DNA from: Candidatus Poribacteria bacterium
Lineage (GTDB): Bacteria > Poribacteria > WGA-4E > WGA-3G
DNA: 64,000 nucleotides
Direction: 5' to 3'
NCBI GenBank assembly: GCA_963665235.2
Contig: CAXXLX010000001.1
Span: forward strand, 640,001 to 704,000
This document shows, in pieces, positions 8,520 to 18,824 of this stretch (positions are counted from its first letter, which is position 1; each line of letters opens with the position of its first letter). The notes under the pieces were generated by a model. That model saw only the letters and a list, made by a program, of their open reading frames with translations. It was not told where the DNA came from and did no database searches. A program made the translations under genes and the position numbers.

Positions 8520-9734
8520 TTAATAATTGCCGCGCAGCGTTAAACTGACGATACTGTGGTTATAGTTAAGAAAATCGAGGAGCACATCTTTTTCGTTGGT
8601 GCGGTTTTGCGTGAATTGATAATCGGCATTCAGGGTTAGATGCGGTGTGAATCTGTAGTTTACCTGTGCATTAAATCCCAGTTGTGTGTCGCTGCGGTTT
8701 TCAGCCCCCTCCAGAATATTTCCGCTCTCGTCCCGAGTTTGTCTGCCTTCAAACTGCACCCAGACGCGGAACAATTTGAGTCGGAACCAACGTTCCGTAT
8801 CAAACCGGTAAAATTTACTCAGTGCAGTTTCCACACTTATGAAGTTAAAGAAATCAGCGTTGGAACGGTTTAAAAAGAGACTTGCCTCCTCCTGAAAAAC
8901 GAAACGTTTCGCTGTTGTCTGTAGCAGTTTTGCTGCGGCGAAATGTCGCCAATCGGTTCGGGGTTTGTCATCCCCAAGTCCTGTAACCCCGAGGATGAGA
9001 TTGTTTAAATTGGTTTGGTAGCGTCCGTGTTCAATTGCGTATTCTACCTTTCCGAGCACGTGCTTGTGCAATCCGAATTGAAGGCGTGTAGTGGCTTTAT
9101 GCGTCGTGGACCCGATGAGTAGAAAATCCTCTCTCCGCTGAAATTCGTCATCAAATCTGTGGAGCCGCAGGTTGTATTCTAACACCCGTCCGAAGCGGAG
9201 CCCGAGCTGCCGTTCCGTGTTGTTATAGACATTCAACTTTCGGACGAAACGTTGAAACTGATGGGAGACAACGAACGGGGGTAAATCTGAAAACGGCTGA
9301 TATCGCAGCTCGGTTAAGGTAACATCGGTGAACGCATCAAATTCGTTGAGTTTACCATCTTCCCCTATGTAGTTTTCGGACTGTGGAGCGTATTGCAGGT
9401 TGAGTCGGAGTTTATTGCCAATCGGTAGGGCACCGAGTAGGTTTAACCCGAAACGGTTGATTGTCCCTGAAAGTTGCGGATTTTCCTGTCCTGCAAGGCT
9501 GCTGGTATAAGGGTCGACACTTAAACCGAGTTCGATGTGATTGTTATAAGTGTTAGAGAGATAGGCATCAATTGTCAGTTTCGCAGGGTCGAGGTCAGCG
9601 GCTTCAGGTTCGTCGATGAGTAGACTTTTCCCGAAATCAGTATCAAGTTGTGCAAAAGCGGGGTGCAATTGTACCGCTACGAATAGGGCAAAAATGAGTA
9701 AGTAGATTGAAACAGAGCACGTTATTTTTTTCAT
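8520..9734 (-). CDS. Putative outer-membrane beta-barrel protein
   Basis: Signal peptide (MKKIT...AFA), alternating amphipathic strands and C-terminal SIVSLTLRGNY with a terminal aromatic residue. Confidence 0.65.
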   Translation of the reverse strand: MKKITCSVSIYLLIFALFVAVQLHPAFAQLDTDFGKSLLIDEPEAADLDPAKLTIDAYLSNTYNNHIELGLSVDPYTSSLAGQENPQLSGTINRFGLNLLGALPIGNKLRLNLQYAPQSENYIGEDGKLNEFDAFTDVTLTELRYQPFSDLPPFVVSHQFQRFVRKLNVYNNTERQLGLRFGRVLEYNLRLHRFDDEFQRREDFLLIGSTTHKATTRLQFGLHKHVLGKVEYAIEHGRYQTNLNNLILGVTGLGDDKPRTDWRHFAAAKLLQTTAKRFVFQEEASLFLNRSNADFFNFISVETALSKFYRFDTERWFRLKLFRVWVQFEGRQTRDESGNILEGAENRSDTQLGFNAQVNYRFTPHLTLNADYQFTQNRTNEKDVLLDFLNYNHSIVSLTLRGNY

Positions 9735-9791
9735 AGGTATCCAAATGCATGAAAGCATACAAGTTAGGCGTAGCGACAGAGGTATGTTGAT

Positions 9792-9903
9792 AGCTATTGG
9801 CCGTTGGCTGTTGGCAAGAGTAAGAGGGCTCTGAAGCGCGTCAGAAACCTGCTTAGAATCACAACATCTTGCTAATTGCCATTTGCTAATTGCCATTTGC
9901 TAA
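9792..9903. repeat. Dispersed ~110-bp element with short-repeat arms (copy 1)
   Basis: Core GGCAAGAGTAAGAGGG...GCGCGTCAGAAACCTGCT...ATCACAACATCTTGCTAATTGC recurs inverted at 43843-43959. Confidence 0.8.
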
Positions 9904-9905
9904 TT

Positions 9906-9973
9906 ATTATATGCTATTCTAAGCAAAAAGTCAAATTTTTCTATTGACATCGGTTGCAATTTAAAGGTATAAT
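9906..9973. promoter_or_regulatory. Back-to-back sigma70 promoters
   Basis: Minus strand TTGACT-17-TATAAT (9906-9934) and plus strand TTGACA-18-TATAAT (9944-9973). Confidence 0.65.
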
Positions 9974-10409
9974 CTTTGCAAGCGATTTAGATGGACATTT
10001 TGTGGATGTGTGGTATCAAAAAAAACGAAAACCGCGCCACCGCCATAAAAAGAACACTCTCATATTTGATTTACAGGAATTACGGGATGAAGCATCGACG
10101 GACGAACACCACAATTCAGAGAGCAATCTTGTCAGGTCCGGTTCACCTGAGCAAAGCTATATTAAGAGGTGTCCGCCGGCGCAACCGTTTACTCTGTACC
10201 CCCCCCGACTACTTCACATTTATTAAGTATTTTACTATACAGGAGCGTGTCAGAGGTTTTAACGTCTGCACCGCCTTCGTGCCCGCCTGCGCCATGTTTT
10301 TCATGTGTGCATGTCGCGGGCTATCTTTGTTGTTGCATTGGGGTTTTCCCCGATGCTTATTTTATCCGTTTAACCCGCACGCACGCTGCGTGCAGCAAAG
10401 GAGATTCCT

Positions 10410-11093
10410 ATGCTAAAAAGTTATAAGGTTTTACCGAGCTTAGCTATTTTGAGTATTCTCCTGCTTTGGAGTCTGCTCCTCTCTTTACCTGCATCCGCGG
10501 GTACTCAACTCTGGGATTTTGAGAGAAATAACAATGACTGGAAAGTCGCCAACGGAAATTGGCAAATCGTAGATGGTGTTTACAAGTTGACTAAAGGTGG
10601 TGCAGCAGAGCATTCCCTCGTTGGGGAAGACAATTGGGATGACTACACAATTGAGGCGAAGGTCAGACTTGATGAGGGGAGCTGGGCAGGCCTTGTATTC
10701 CGTGCGAAAAGTGAGATGGAATACTATGTCTACTATCTCAACGTCCCGAATAACAAAAGCGAGCTCTGGCGACACAAAGCTGGTGCCTGGGATGCACGTG
10801 ACAACCTTGCACAAATCCCCGCTGCCGGTGGTGTTAAGATTGCGAACGGTGAATGGTATGATATGAAGATCATTGTTTCAGGTGACACCTTTAAGTTGTA
10901 CATTAATGATGAGTTTCAGAAAGAAGACAAGGACGCTGCTTATAAAAGCGGCAAAGTCGGCGTATGGGCATGGCAAACTGGCGCCAGCTTCGACGATTTT
11001 ATGGTCACCGGTGATAACATCAAGGATACGCTACCGGTCGAGCCGACCCGAAAACTGACGACAACCTGGGGTATCCTCAAACAGGGGTATTGA
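10410..11093 (+). CDS. Secreted DUF1080 (concanavalin-like/3-keto-disaccharide hydrolase) protein
   Basis: Signal peptide; WDDYTIEAKVR, AGLVFR, EWYDMKI, GKVGVW and ASFDDF motifs; C-terminal PVEPTRKLTTTWGILK. Confidence 0.8.
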   Translation: MLKSYKVLPSLAILSILLLWSLLLSLPASAGTQLWDFERNNNDWKVANGNWQIVDGVYKLTKGGAAEHSLVGEDNWDDYTIEAKVRLDEGSWAGLVFRAKSEMEYYVYYLNVPNNKSELWRHKAGAWDARDNLAQIPAAGGVKIANGEWYDMKIIVSGDTFKLYINDEFQKEDKDAAYKSGKVGVWAWQTGASFDDFMVTGDNIKDTLPVEPTRKLTTTWGILKQGY

Positions 11094-11131
11094 GAAATAC
11101 CTCGCTTACTTGAAAATAGAAAGGAGAATTT

Positions 11132-11803
11132 ATGAAACGTTTATTCACGACTCTAATCGGATTTTGTTTTCTAGCAATCATAGCGACTACCGGTTTCGCG
11201 GGTGAGCAGCAATGGACCTTTGATTCCAATGCGGAGGGATGGACCGCGGCTAACGGCACGTGGAGCGTCGCAGACGGTGCTTATAAGCTTGCAGTCGGGG
11301 GCGCAGCGGAACATTCCCTCGTCGGCGATGTCGCCTGGGACGATTACACGGTTGAAGCGAAGGTCAGGCTTGATGAGGGCAGCTGGGCAGGTATTGCATT
11401 TCGTGCCAAAAGCGAAAGAGAATATTATGTCTTCTATCTCAACGTGCCCAATAACAAAACCGAGCTCTGGCGACACAAAACCCCTAACTGGGATTCCCGT
11501 GACAATCTCGCGCAACTGCCCGCAAAGAACGTCACAATCGCAAATGGCGAATGGTTCAACATGAAAATCGACGTTGCTGGCGATACCATGGCACTCTCAA
11601 TTAACGGTGAAATGCAAGGAGAATTTACAGATGACTCCGGGGGCAAATATAGTGCCGGACAAGCAGGCCTCTGGGGGTGGCAAACTGGAGCCAGCTTTGA
11701 TGACTTCAAAGTCTCAGGAGATGCTATCGTCGGGAGCGTTACCCCGGTTGAACCGCTAGACAAGCTAACAACGACGTGGGGACGCATCAAAGACGTTCGC
11801 TAG
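11132..11803 (+). CDS. Secreted DUF1080 protein, tandem paralog
   Basis: Long identical stretches with the upstream gene; C-terminal PVEPLDKLTTTWGRIK. Confidence 0.8.
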   Translation: MKRLFTTLIGFCFLAIIATTGFAGEQQWTFDSNAEGWTAANGTWSVADGAYKLAVGGAAEHSLVGDVAWDDYTVEAKVRLDEGSWAGIAFRAKSEREYYVFYLNVPNNKTELWRHKTPNWDSRDNLAQLPAKNVTIANGEWFNMKIDVAGDTMALSINGEMQGEFTDDSGGKYSAGQAGLWGWQTGASFDDFKVSGDAIVGSVTPVEPLDKLTTTWGRIKDVR

Positions 11804-11965
11804 TCTGCCATCTATCTTAACATTGGTATTTGTCGGTCCGGTCGCTCGAAGATCGACAAACGTTTTCCACTTAATTTGGGCTGTGTGCCTTGCTGCATGC
11901 TGCCCTCTGTTTCAGGAGGTGCTCAGTCTATCTGTGCACCTCCGCTTTCAAATTGGCGAGAACCG

Positions 11966-13723
11966 ATGGAACGATGGCGTGGATTGCAAAAACGTATATC
12001 GCTTATCGTCATAGTGTGCCTTACGGTGTCCATTTGGCATATATCTGTTGCTTGGTGTCAAAGCGGCAACGAGAGTCGCCTCAAGGAGCAAATTGAGGCT
12101 TATCGGGCACAACTCGCTGCGGACGCGACACGTGTTGATATTCGGTGCCAATTGGCAAAGGTCTATCTAAAAATTGAGGACTACGCACAAGCGGTTGCCG
12201 AGTATCAGCAGGTGATAACCACCATAGACAACTCCACAGAACACACCCTCACCCTAACAGAGGCCTCCTACGGATTAGGCTTGGCTTATGCTGCGCTTGA
12301 GCAGTTCGAGGCGGCGATTGAAGCTTATCAACGCGCGATTCAGTTGACACCGGCGTGGGCACATATCCACGCTGCGTTGGGGGCAGCCTATTCAGACTTG
12401 CACCGCTACGCTGAAGCACTCACAGCTTACAAGGTCGCGCGTGACCTCCAGCCCGACGATGCCATGATTCATCACCAGTTGGGCAACATCTATAGCAAAC
12501 GTGGAAAGCGCGCCGCGGCAATAGCACATCAGCAGCGGGCAATAGCGATTGCCCCGACTTTAGCTGCCGCGCATTATCAGCTCGGTTTGCTTTACTCCCA
12601 AGAGAATCGGTTACCTGAGGCTATTTCGGCATATCAAACCGCATACACAGCAGATTCGGAGCTTATCGAAGCTCTTTACAACCTTGCACAGGCGCACCTT
12701 CGGCATGGCGATAAACAGGCTGCGCGTGAACAGATGCAGCTGTTTGAAAAACGGAAGGCTGTCGTTGAACCTGTCCGGGACTTACGCGGTGCATTGCAGC
12801 GGACCCGTGAACCGATAAAACGTGCACGCATCCTTGCGAACATCGGCAGACTTTACCTTAAAAGCGGGGCATACCAGAAGGCGGTTTGGGAATATGAAAA
12901 GGCACTCGCGCTGAATCCAGAAGTTATTGAGGCGTATAACGGTATCGGAATTGCCTGGACAATGCTTAAGAGGTATAAAGAAGCCGTTGCCGCACAACAA
13001 CGGGCTTTGAAACTTCAACCGGATTTTGCGGAGGCACATGCAGCGTTAGGCTTAACCTACCTTGTGCAGGAAAAAACTGCCCTTGCACTTAAGCATTACC
13101 AACAAGCGGTTACCCTGAATCCCAAACTTTTAGAGGCGCGCCTAAAAATAGGGTTAATTTTACTGAATCAGAAACGTTATGTTGAGGCAGCGTCAGCCTA
13201 TCAAGCAGCACTCAGGCTAAATCCGGACGATGCGGAACCGTATCACAACCTAGGGATATGCTATCTAAATCAAGGGAAACCGGCGGAGGCTTTGTCGGCA
13301 CTAAAAAAGGCAGTTGAGATAGACCGTAAGGGTAGTTCACGCGCACCGTTTCTCGCGGAAACACACTATCTGATAGGCGAACTTCAAGTACAGCGAAAAA
13401 ATTTTGCAGCAGCGGAATCCGCATATCTTACCTCCGGCTTACCGAAAGCGTATCACTCGCTTGCCCAGCTCAGTGCAACGTTGGCAAGCACTTACGAAAA
13501 CCCCGCCAAGCGCAACGTGAAACTCAAGGCCGCTGCGGATTACGCGCAAACCGCCATCAGATTAAATCCGAACGTTGCAAGTTATCACAATACACTCGCC
13601 CTGATTTCCTACCGAAAAGGGGAGTATCGCATAGCGGAGGCCGCTATCCGTAAAGCCATTGAACTTGACCCCAAGAATCCTAACTATAAAGAAGGCCTAA
13701 AACAGATAACGAATAGCCATTAG
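11966..13723 (+). CDS. Secreted tetratricopeptide-repeat protein
   Basis: Many TPR units (for example AHYQLGLLY, AYNGIGIA, PYHNLGICY) after a signal-like N-terminus; start codon uncertain. Confidence 0.88.
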   Translation: MERWRGLQKRISLIVIVCLTVSIWHISVAWCQSGNESRLKEQIEAYRAQLAADATRVDIRCQLAKVYLKIEDYAQAVAEYQQVITTIDNSTEHTLTLTEASYGLGLAYAALEQFEAAIEAYQRAIQLTPAWAHIHAALGAAYSDLHRYAEALTAYKVARDLQPDDAMIHHQLGNIYSKRGKRAAAIAHQQRAIAIAPTLAAAHYQLGLLYSQENRLPEAISAYQTAYTADSELIEALYNLAQAHLRHGDKQAAREQMQLFEKRKAVVEPVRDLRGALQRTREPIKRARILANIGRLYLKSGAYQKAVWEYEKALALNPEVIEAYNGIGIAWTMLKRYKEAVAAQQRALKLQPDFAEAHAALGLTYLVQEKTALALKHYQQAVTLNPKLLEARLKIGLILLNQKRYVEAASAYQAALRLNPDDAEPYHNLGICYLNQGKPAEALSALKKAVEIDRKGSSRAPFLAETHYLIGELQVQRKNFAAAESAYLTSGLPKAYHSLAQLSATLASTYENPAKRNVKLKAAADYAQTAIRLNPNVASYHNTLALISYRKGEYRIAEAAIRKAIELDPKNPNYKEGLKQITNSH

Positions 13724-13751
13724 TCCGCTCTTCCATCCTTCTAACTATTTT

Positions 13752-14741
13752 GGCTCATGTAAAAATTAAGTGCCATTTTATTTTGGTTGTGCTATACTAT
13801 ATTTATGGATTTTCCAATAAACTCTCTATTTGATGAAGAAGAATCAGAGGTCTGGTTGCTAAATCATTTTCATCCTGAAGGTCTATGCTGTCCACATTGC
13901 GATGCGAGCGTGTCGGAGGCACGCAATTTCCGTAAGACCCAAGCGAGTGGTCTACAAGTCTATCGCTGCAAACACTGCCAAGGTGTCTACAATGTGTATA
14001 GTGGGACAGTCTTTGCGGGCAGTCGGTTTAGACCGTCGCAGGTGATTCTGCTTTTACGGGGTGTGTGTCAAGGTGTGTCAAGTGCCCAACTGGGTCGTGA
14101 ACTGGGTATAAGTCGTCAAACGATTCTGTGTATGCGGCGTAAACTTCAGTATTCTGCTGAACAGCTACAGCCTGCGGAGGCTGTGCCGGATGCGGTAGTT
14201 GAAACCGAACAGATGAGATGTTTCAAAACGAGGGTGAAAAAGGGACATTGCATTCGGATGCCTCAGATCCGCCGCGGCGTCGTGGGAATAAGCGTCGGGG
14301 CCACGGGACTTATGCCAATGATAGACCGCCTATTGTAGGAACGGTAGGGCGTGAAAGCGGTCAGCTGCGTTTACGCGTAGTGCACCACACCGATAGTGCG
14401 ACCCTTTCAGTCCACGTGCATAGATTCACTTGTCCGACTGCGAGCGTGTATACGGATGGGTGGCGTGGGTATAACCAGATTGAACGGGTGCGTGAGATTG
14501 TTGTTCATAAAGATGGGCAATGGGCGCGAGACGCAGATGGTGATGGTATTCGCGAGATACATACCAATACGATTGAAGGGGTGTGGACGACTGTGCGCAA
14601 CTTCCTGCGTCCGTTTCGGGGTGTTCATAAAAAGTTTCTTTCGGGTTACATTGCTATTTGTGAGTTCGCTATGAACCTAAAATCTGTTTCTGCTGATTTT
14701 ATATCAAAACTCGTCAAAAGCACTTAAGCTTGACATGAGCC
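13752..14741 (+). mobile_element. IS1595-family insertion sequence
   Basis: TIRs GGCTCATGTAAAAATTAAGTGC and GCACTTAAGCTTGACATGAGCC; exact 8-bp target duplication ACTATTTT at 13744-13751 and 14742-14749. Confidence 0.93.
13805..14727 (+). pseudogene. IS1595 transposase, frameshifted
   Basis: Zn ribbon (CPHC...CKHC), HTH and DDE motifs (ET-DEMF, YTDGW, NTIEG); a 5-nt insertion near 14206-14210 splits ETDEMF between two frames. Confidence 0.85.
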
Positions 14742-14910
14742 ACTATTTTTTTAGGGACTCCAAAAATTTTTCACACACCCCTGATTGGGTGTACTGCCAT
14801 CGAAAATTCGGGCCACCCTTAAAGCCTATTGCAACTATGGTATTGAAGATGCCCTACGGGATGTAGGGATTACTTTCAAACCACTTCGGAAGAAAGATCG
14901 ATAGTGTCAG

Positions 14911-14993
14911 TTAATTGAGGGGTGTGCATAAATTAAATCGTGATTGACTTTAGTAAGGAGTCTTAACCTTATTTATGCACACCCCTCAATTAA
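14911..14993. mobile_element. Small MITE-like palindromic element
   Basis: TTAATTGAGGGGTGTGCATAAAT ... ATTTATGCACACCCCTCAATTAA, a perfect 23-bp inverted repeat. Confidence 0.7.
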
Positions 14994-14997
14994 ATTT

Positions 14998-15648
14998 TCA
15001 CTTTAGCTTGTGGCTACCACTTCCGATTGTCGACCAGTCTCGATCCACCGTCCAACTTCCACCTGCCGAATCAGTTGCCGTCCTGTGAAAATCCTTGGAC
15101 GCTTCTTCCCATGAACCGCCCGGTATAATTCCAGTCAAACGCCATTTCCAGTACACGGGGACTAATTTGATAGAACCACTGGCATCCCATGGATATTCCT
15201 TTGGCATTCTTTTAAAAGGCCCCGTAAATGATAACTGAATCTTGTGATCTATATCTAGGGCCAGGGCCACGGGTAGAAAACCGACCCACTTCCCGAGTTT
15301 CTGTGACGTTGTATTATTAGGATCGCCATAAGATTTTCCATCAATATTGCCATAGAAAAGGATATGTGCCCAACCGAAACCATGTGCTTTGGCTGTTATT
15401 GAAACTTTAGGGGAACGTGGTTCCTCATACCAAAAATCATACATGACTTTACCATCTGCTTTAGTTCTGCGATAATGGATAAAGAACTTACCATCTATAT
15501 TACACGAAATCTCGATCTCGGGCTCGCTTGTAAAATTTAAGTCTGGTGTTTCCACACGATGGAGATTGTGGGCTTTTACCCCCATCCCGATTGCAATTAT
15601 AAAACTAAAAATGAGGATGAAAAGTGAAATTCGCTTTTTAGATAACAT
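14998..15648 (-). CDS. Secreted hypothetical protein
   Basis: Signal peptide ending VKA; beta-rich mature part; its RBS overlaps the stop of the upstream gene (TAGGAGGTTTTCAATG). Confidence 0.75.
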   Translation of the reverse strand: MLSKKRISLFILIFSFIIAIGMGVKAHNLHRVETPDLNFTSEPEIEISCNIDGKFFIHYRRTKADGKVMYDFWYEEPRSPKVSITAKAHGFGWAHILFYGNIDGKSYGDPNNTTSQKLGKWVGFLPVALALDIDHKIQLSFTGPFKRMPKEYPWDASGSIKLVPVYWKWRLTGIIPGGSWEEASKDFHRTATDSAGGSWTVDRDWSTIGSGSHKLK

Positions 15649-15658
15649 TGAAAACCTC

Positions 15659-16438
15659 CTATTCCCAGGGGGAAATTAAGTGTTCTAATCCATGTTCTCG
15701 GAGCGCGGCATTGAGTTTCTCTCGCGTAACACGGTCCGATTTTGCTATGGCTTCATCACCCACCGCACTGGTCATCACATGAACAGGACGAACCCTTTGC
15801 ACCGCTGCTTCAAGTGCCTCAATTTCCGCAGAAAGCCGCTCGACTTCATCAAAATCGCCGCGTGCTTCCGCCCATCCCTGATCTTCCAGCAGTTGATTAT
15901 ACCTTTCGAACTCCTCGCGGGTCGGTGCAAAATCGACTCTCATCTGTATATCCACAATTGGCTCGCCTATTTTATGTAAAACGGGGTTGCCGTTTTCATC
16001 CAAAAGCGGCACGTTTATATCCTTCCAGCGATATTGATATCCACGAGGCGGCGGTTTCAACCCATGTTGAATATAAAATTGGTCAAGGATTTGCTGCTGT
16101 ACTTCCCGCGAAAGCGACCAGAAATCGGGAGTGTTGTCGGTTTCCTGCCCATCAGATGTCTCATCAGACATGCCAACGTCAACCTGTTTGCTATCATCAG
16201 ACATTGGAACATTGTTTGAAGCAGGGTCAGATCGACGCTGTCTGTTCTGTTCCGACACAGTTACCAGGTCCGCAGTTCCCGGTTCGGTTTTCTTTCGAAT
16301 GTTATCTAACACTTCCTTTGCGGGAGGTTTATAGATAACTTCGGGTTCGGTATCTACATTGTGATTCAGTAGGAAGATGGCACTTCCGATAACTACTATC
16401 ATCAGGATACCAATTCCTACATAAACTTTTTGGGTCAT
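15659..16438 (-). CDS. Membrane-anchored hypothetical protein
   Basis: Single N-terminal TM segment, polar low-complexity linker and C-terminal domain; GGAGG RBS. Confidence 0.75.
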   Translation of the reverse strand: MTQKVYVGIGILMIVVIGSAIFLLNHNVDTEPEVIYKPPAKEVLDNIRKKTEPGTADLVTVSEQNRQRRSDPASNNVPMSDDSKQVDVGMSDETSDGQETDNTPDFWSLSREVQQQILDQFYIQHGLKPPPRGYQYRWKDINVPLLDENGNPVLHKIGEPIVDIQMRVDFAPTREEFERYNQLLEDQGWAEARGDFDEVERLSAEIEALEAAVQRVRPVHVMTSAVGDEAIAKSDRVTREKLNAALREHGLEHLISPWE

Positions 16439-17339
16439 AAATCTATCCTCCTATAGACAGGATTCGTTATGATTCGATTCTGCTACACCTATAAAGCAAC
16501 TTTACTGTGATAACTAGCAACTTAGGTTAACTAAAGTTTGGACAATTTGTCTGCGTTTGCTGAGAGGGCCGGAGATGTATTCATCTATTTATTACCGCGT
16601 CCGGGCGGCACATAGGACCTCTCCCGATTTATAACAGATAGGGCCCGTGTTTGAAAGCATAGCATCAGACCGAAGTAAGCACAGTTTGCTACCCCTGATG
16701 CGACCGGGTGCCAGAAAACGAGCAGAATCTACCAGACATTTTCCAAACTTTCACTTTATCACTTTAATTATACACACAATTGCATTTTTTGTAATTTTTT
16801 GAAAAAATGACAAATATGTCCGTAAACATCTTTTTTGCAATGCGTTCAGCAAAAATCGTTGATTTTTCCGTTCACATATTTCAGTATAAGCTATTTCACG
16901 AAAAAAGTCAATTAATTTCGGAAAGATTTCGAAGCAAATTGTTTCCATTCCCTTCAAACCGGAAAACACTGGGGCACTTACCCCTATTTTCGACCCACGC
17001 CACGCTTGACTCCGGAACCCCTAATCCAAACACGAACTGCACGGGGCTTTTTTTACCCCAAAAATTGGAGCGAAAATCGCATAAACCCTTACCAACACTG
17101 ACTCAAACTCGATTTTTACCAAAAAACACACCAGAATCAAGGCAACATACAGGTTTATAGACTATTTCATCCTCCCTATTTCCTTACCTATACCATACCA
17201 CTTTCTAAGAAATTAAATCAAGGAAAAATCAGTTTTTCGCTTCGCCCTTGCACTACATTCAGGATTTGTGATAAAATAAACAGTGGAGATATTTTTCATG
17301 CAATCATAAAACAGAACCAACATATTGAAGAGGTGAACG

Positions 17340-18785
17340 ATGGCGTATCCAAGTCTGAGGGATTTTGTAAAGGCATTGGAACGGGCAGGCGAACTCAAAC
17401 GTATCAAAACACAGGTCTCACCGGACCTTGAAATCAGCGAGATAACCGACCGCATCAGCAAAGCGGGCGGGCCCGCGTTGCTGTTTGAAAATGTGGAGGG
17501 CAGCGATATCCCCCTGCTTATCAATACGTACGGCTCTTACACGCGGATGGCGATGGCACTCGGCGTGGATGACCTTACGCGGATAGCCTACGAAATTGAG
17601 GGCATGATTAAAATCGGACCGCCGGAGTCGCTGCTGGATAAGGTCAAAATCCTCAGAATTTTGTCGCAGTTGACGAACTTCCCGCCAAAAAATGTCAAGC
17701 GTGGCGCATCTCAAGAGGTTGTCCTCACAGGAGAAGACGCTTCGTTAGACCGCTTACCCCTAATTAAGTGTTGGCCGATGGACGCTGATAGATATATCAC
17801 GTTGCCGCAAGTGTTTACACACAGCTTGAACACCGGCCAGCGAAACGTTGGCACCTATCGGTTGCAGAAACTAAATCCGCACGCCTTAGCTATGCATTGG
17901 CAGATTCACCACGACGGGGCTGCGCATCATCGGGAATATAAACAAGCAGGTGAACAGATGCCTGTCGCTGTCGCAATCGGCGGTGACCCTATTATGTCTT
18001 ACATCGGTACGGCACCACTTCCATCGGGTATTGATGAGCTGCTGTTCGCAGGATTCCTCCGAAAATCCAACGTTGAAATGGTGCCAGCAAAAACAATTGA
18101 TATGATGGTACCCGCCGAAGCGGACATCGTTATAGAAGGCTATATTGAGCCGGATGAGACGTGCATCGAGGGACCGTTCGGAGACCATACCGGATTTTAC
18201 TCTTTGCCCGATGAATACCCTGTTTTTCGCATCACTGCAATTACACATCGCAAAAATCCCATCTATCAGACCATCATTGTTGGCAAACCCCCGATGGAGG
18301 ATTGCTATATGGGGAAGGCAACCGAACGTATCTTTATGCCATTGATTAAAACGCAGCTGCCCGAACTGGTCGATATGAACTTGCCGTTATTTGGCGTATT
18401 TCACAACTTCGCCCTCATCTCAATTGATAAACGTTACCCCTTTCACGCAAAAAAAATTATGCACAGCTTTTGGGGGCTCGGGCAACTGATGTTCAGCAAA
18501 ATTATTATTGTCGTCGACAAAGACGTAGATGTGCAAAACGTTGAGGAGGTGCTTTTTTATGTGGGCAGCAACGTTGACCCGAAGCGAGATGTCACAATCG
18601 TCGAAGGCCCGGTGGATGTGCTTGACCATGCCGCACCCCTTATCGGGGCAGGCTCAAAGATGGGAATTGACGCTACAACGAAGTGGCCGGAGGAGGGTTA
18701 TCAGCGCGAATGGCCCCCAGAAATTCAGATGTCTGATGAAATTGTCGAGCTGGTCAACGAGCGGTGGAAGAAATACGGATTGTAA
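17340..18785 (+). CDS. ubiD: UbiD-family decarboxylase (menaquinone-biosynthesis type)
   Basis: GPALLFENV, RNVGTYR, EGPFGDHTGFY and SKMGIDAT motifs. Confidence 0.9.
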   Translation: MAYPSLRDFVKALERAGELKRIKTQVSPDLEISEITDRISKAGGPALLFENVEGSDIPLLINTYGSYTRMAMALGVDDLTRIAYEIEGMIKIGPPESLLDKVKILRILSQLTNFPPKNVKRGASQEVVLTGEDASLDRLPLIKCWPMDADRYITLPQVFTHSLNTGQRNVGTYRLQKLNPHALAMHWQIHHDGAAHHREYKQAGEQMPVAVAIGGDPIMSYIGTAPLPSGIDELLFAGFLRKSNVEMVPAKTIDMMVPAEADIVIEGYIEPDETCIEGPFGDHTGFYSLPDEYPVFRITAITHRKNPIYQTIIVGKPPMEDCYMGKATERIFMPLIKTQLPELVDMNLPLFGVFHNFALISIDKRYPFHAKKIMHSFWGLGQLMFSKIIIVVDKDVDVQNVEEVLFYVGSNVDPKRDVTIVEGPVDVLDHAAPLIGAGSKMGIDATTKWPEEGYQREWPPEIQMSDEIVELVNERWKKYGL

Positions 18786-18824
18786 GAAATATGTTTATAG
18801 AAAAAGACGTTCACGTCCCAATTC

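Noticed and set aside
14200-14245. Programmed frameshift in the IS1595 transposase
   Set aside because: The break maps to a 5-nt insertion inside the catalytic ETDEM motif rather than to a slippery site, so inactivation or a sequence error is more likely.
14785-14904. Short coding-like remnant (GVLPSKIRATLKAYCNYGIEDALRDVG...)
   Set aside because: No start or recognisable family; probably debris between the IS and the MITE.
16698-16713. sigma54 promoter for the 14998-16438 gene pair
   Set aside because: Minus-strand TGGCACCCGGTCGCAT has GG-GC spacing one base short of the strict -24/-12 requirement.
16751-17160. ORFs in the AT-rich intergenic region
   Set aside because: No RBS, low-complexity composition and no recognisable motifs.
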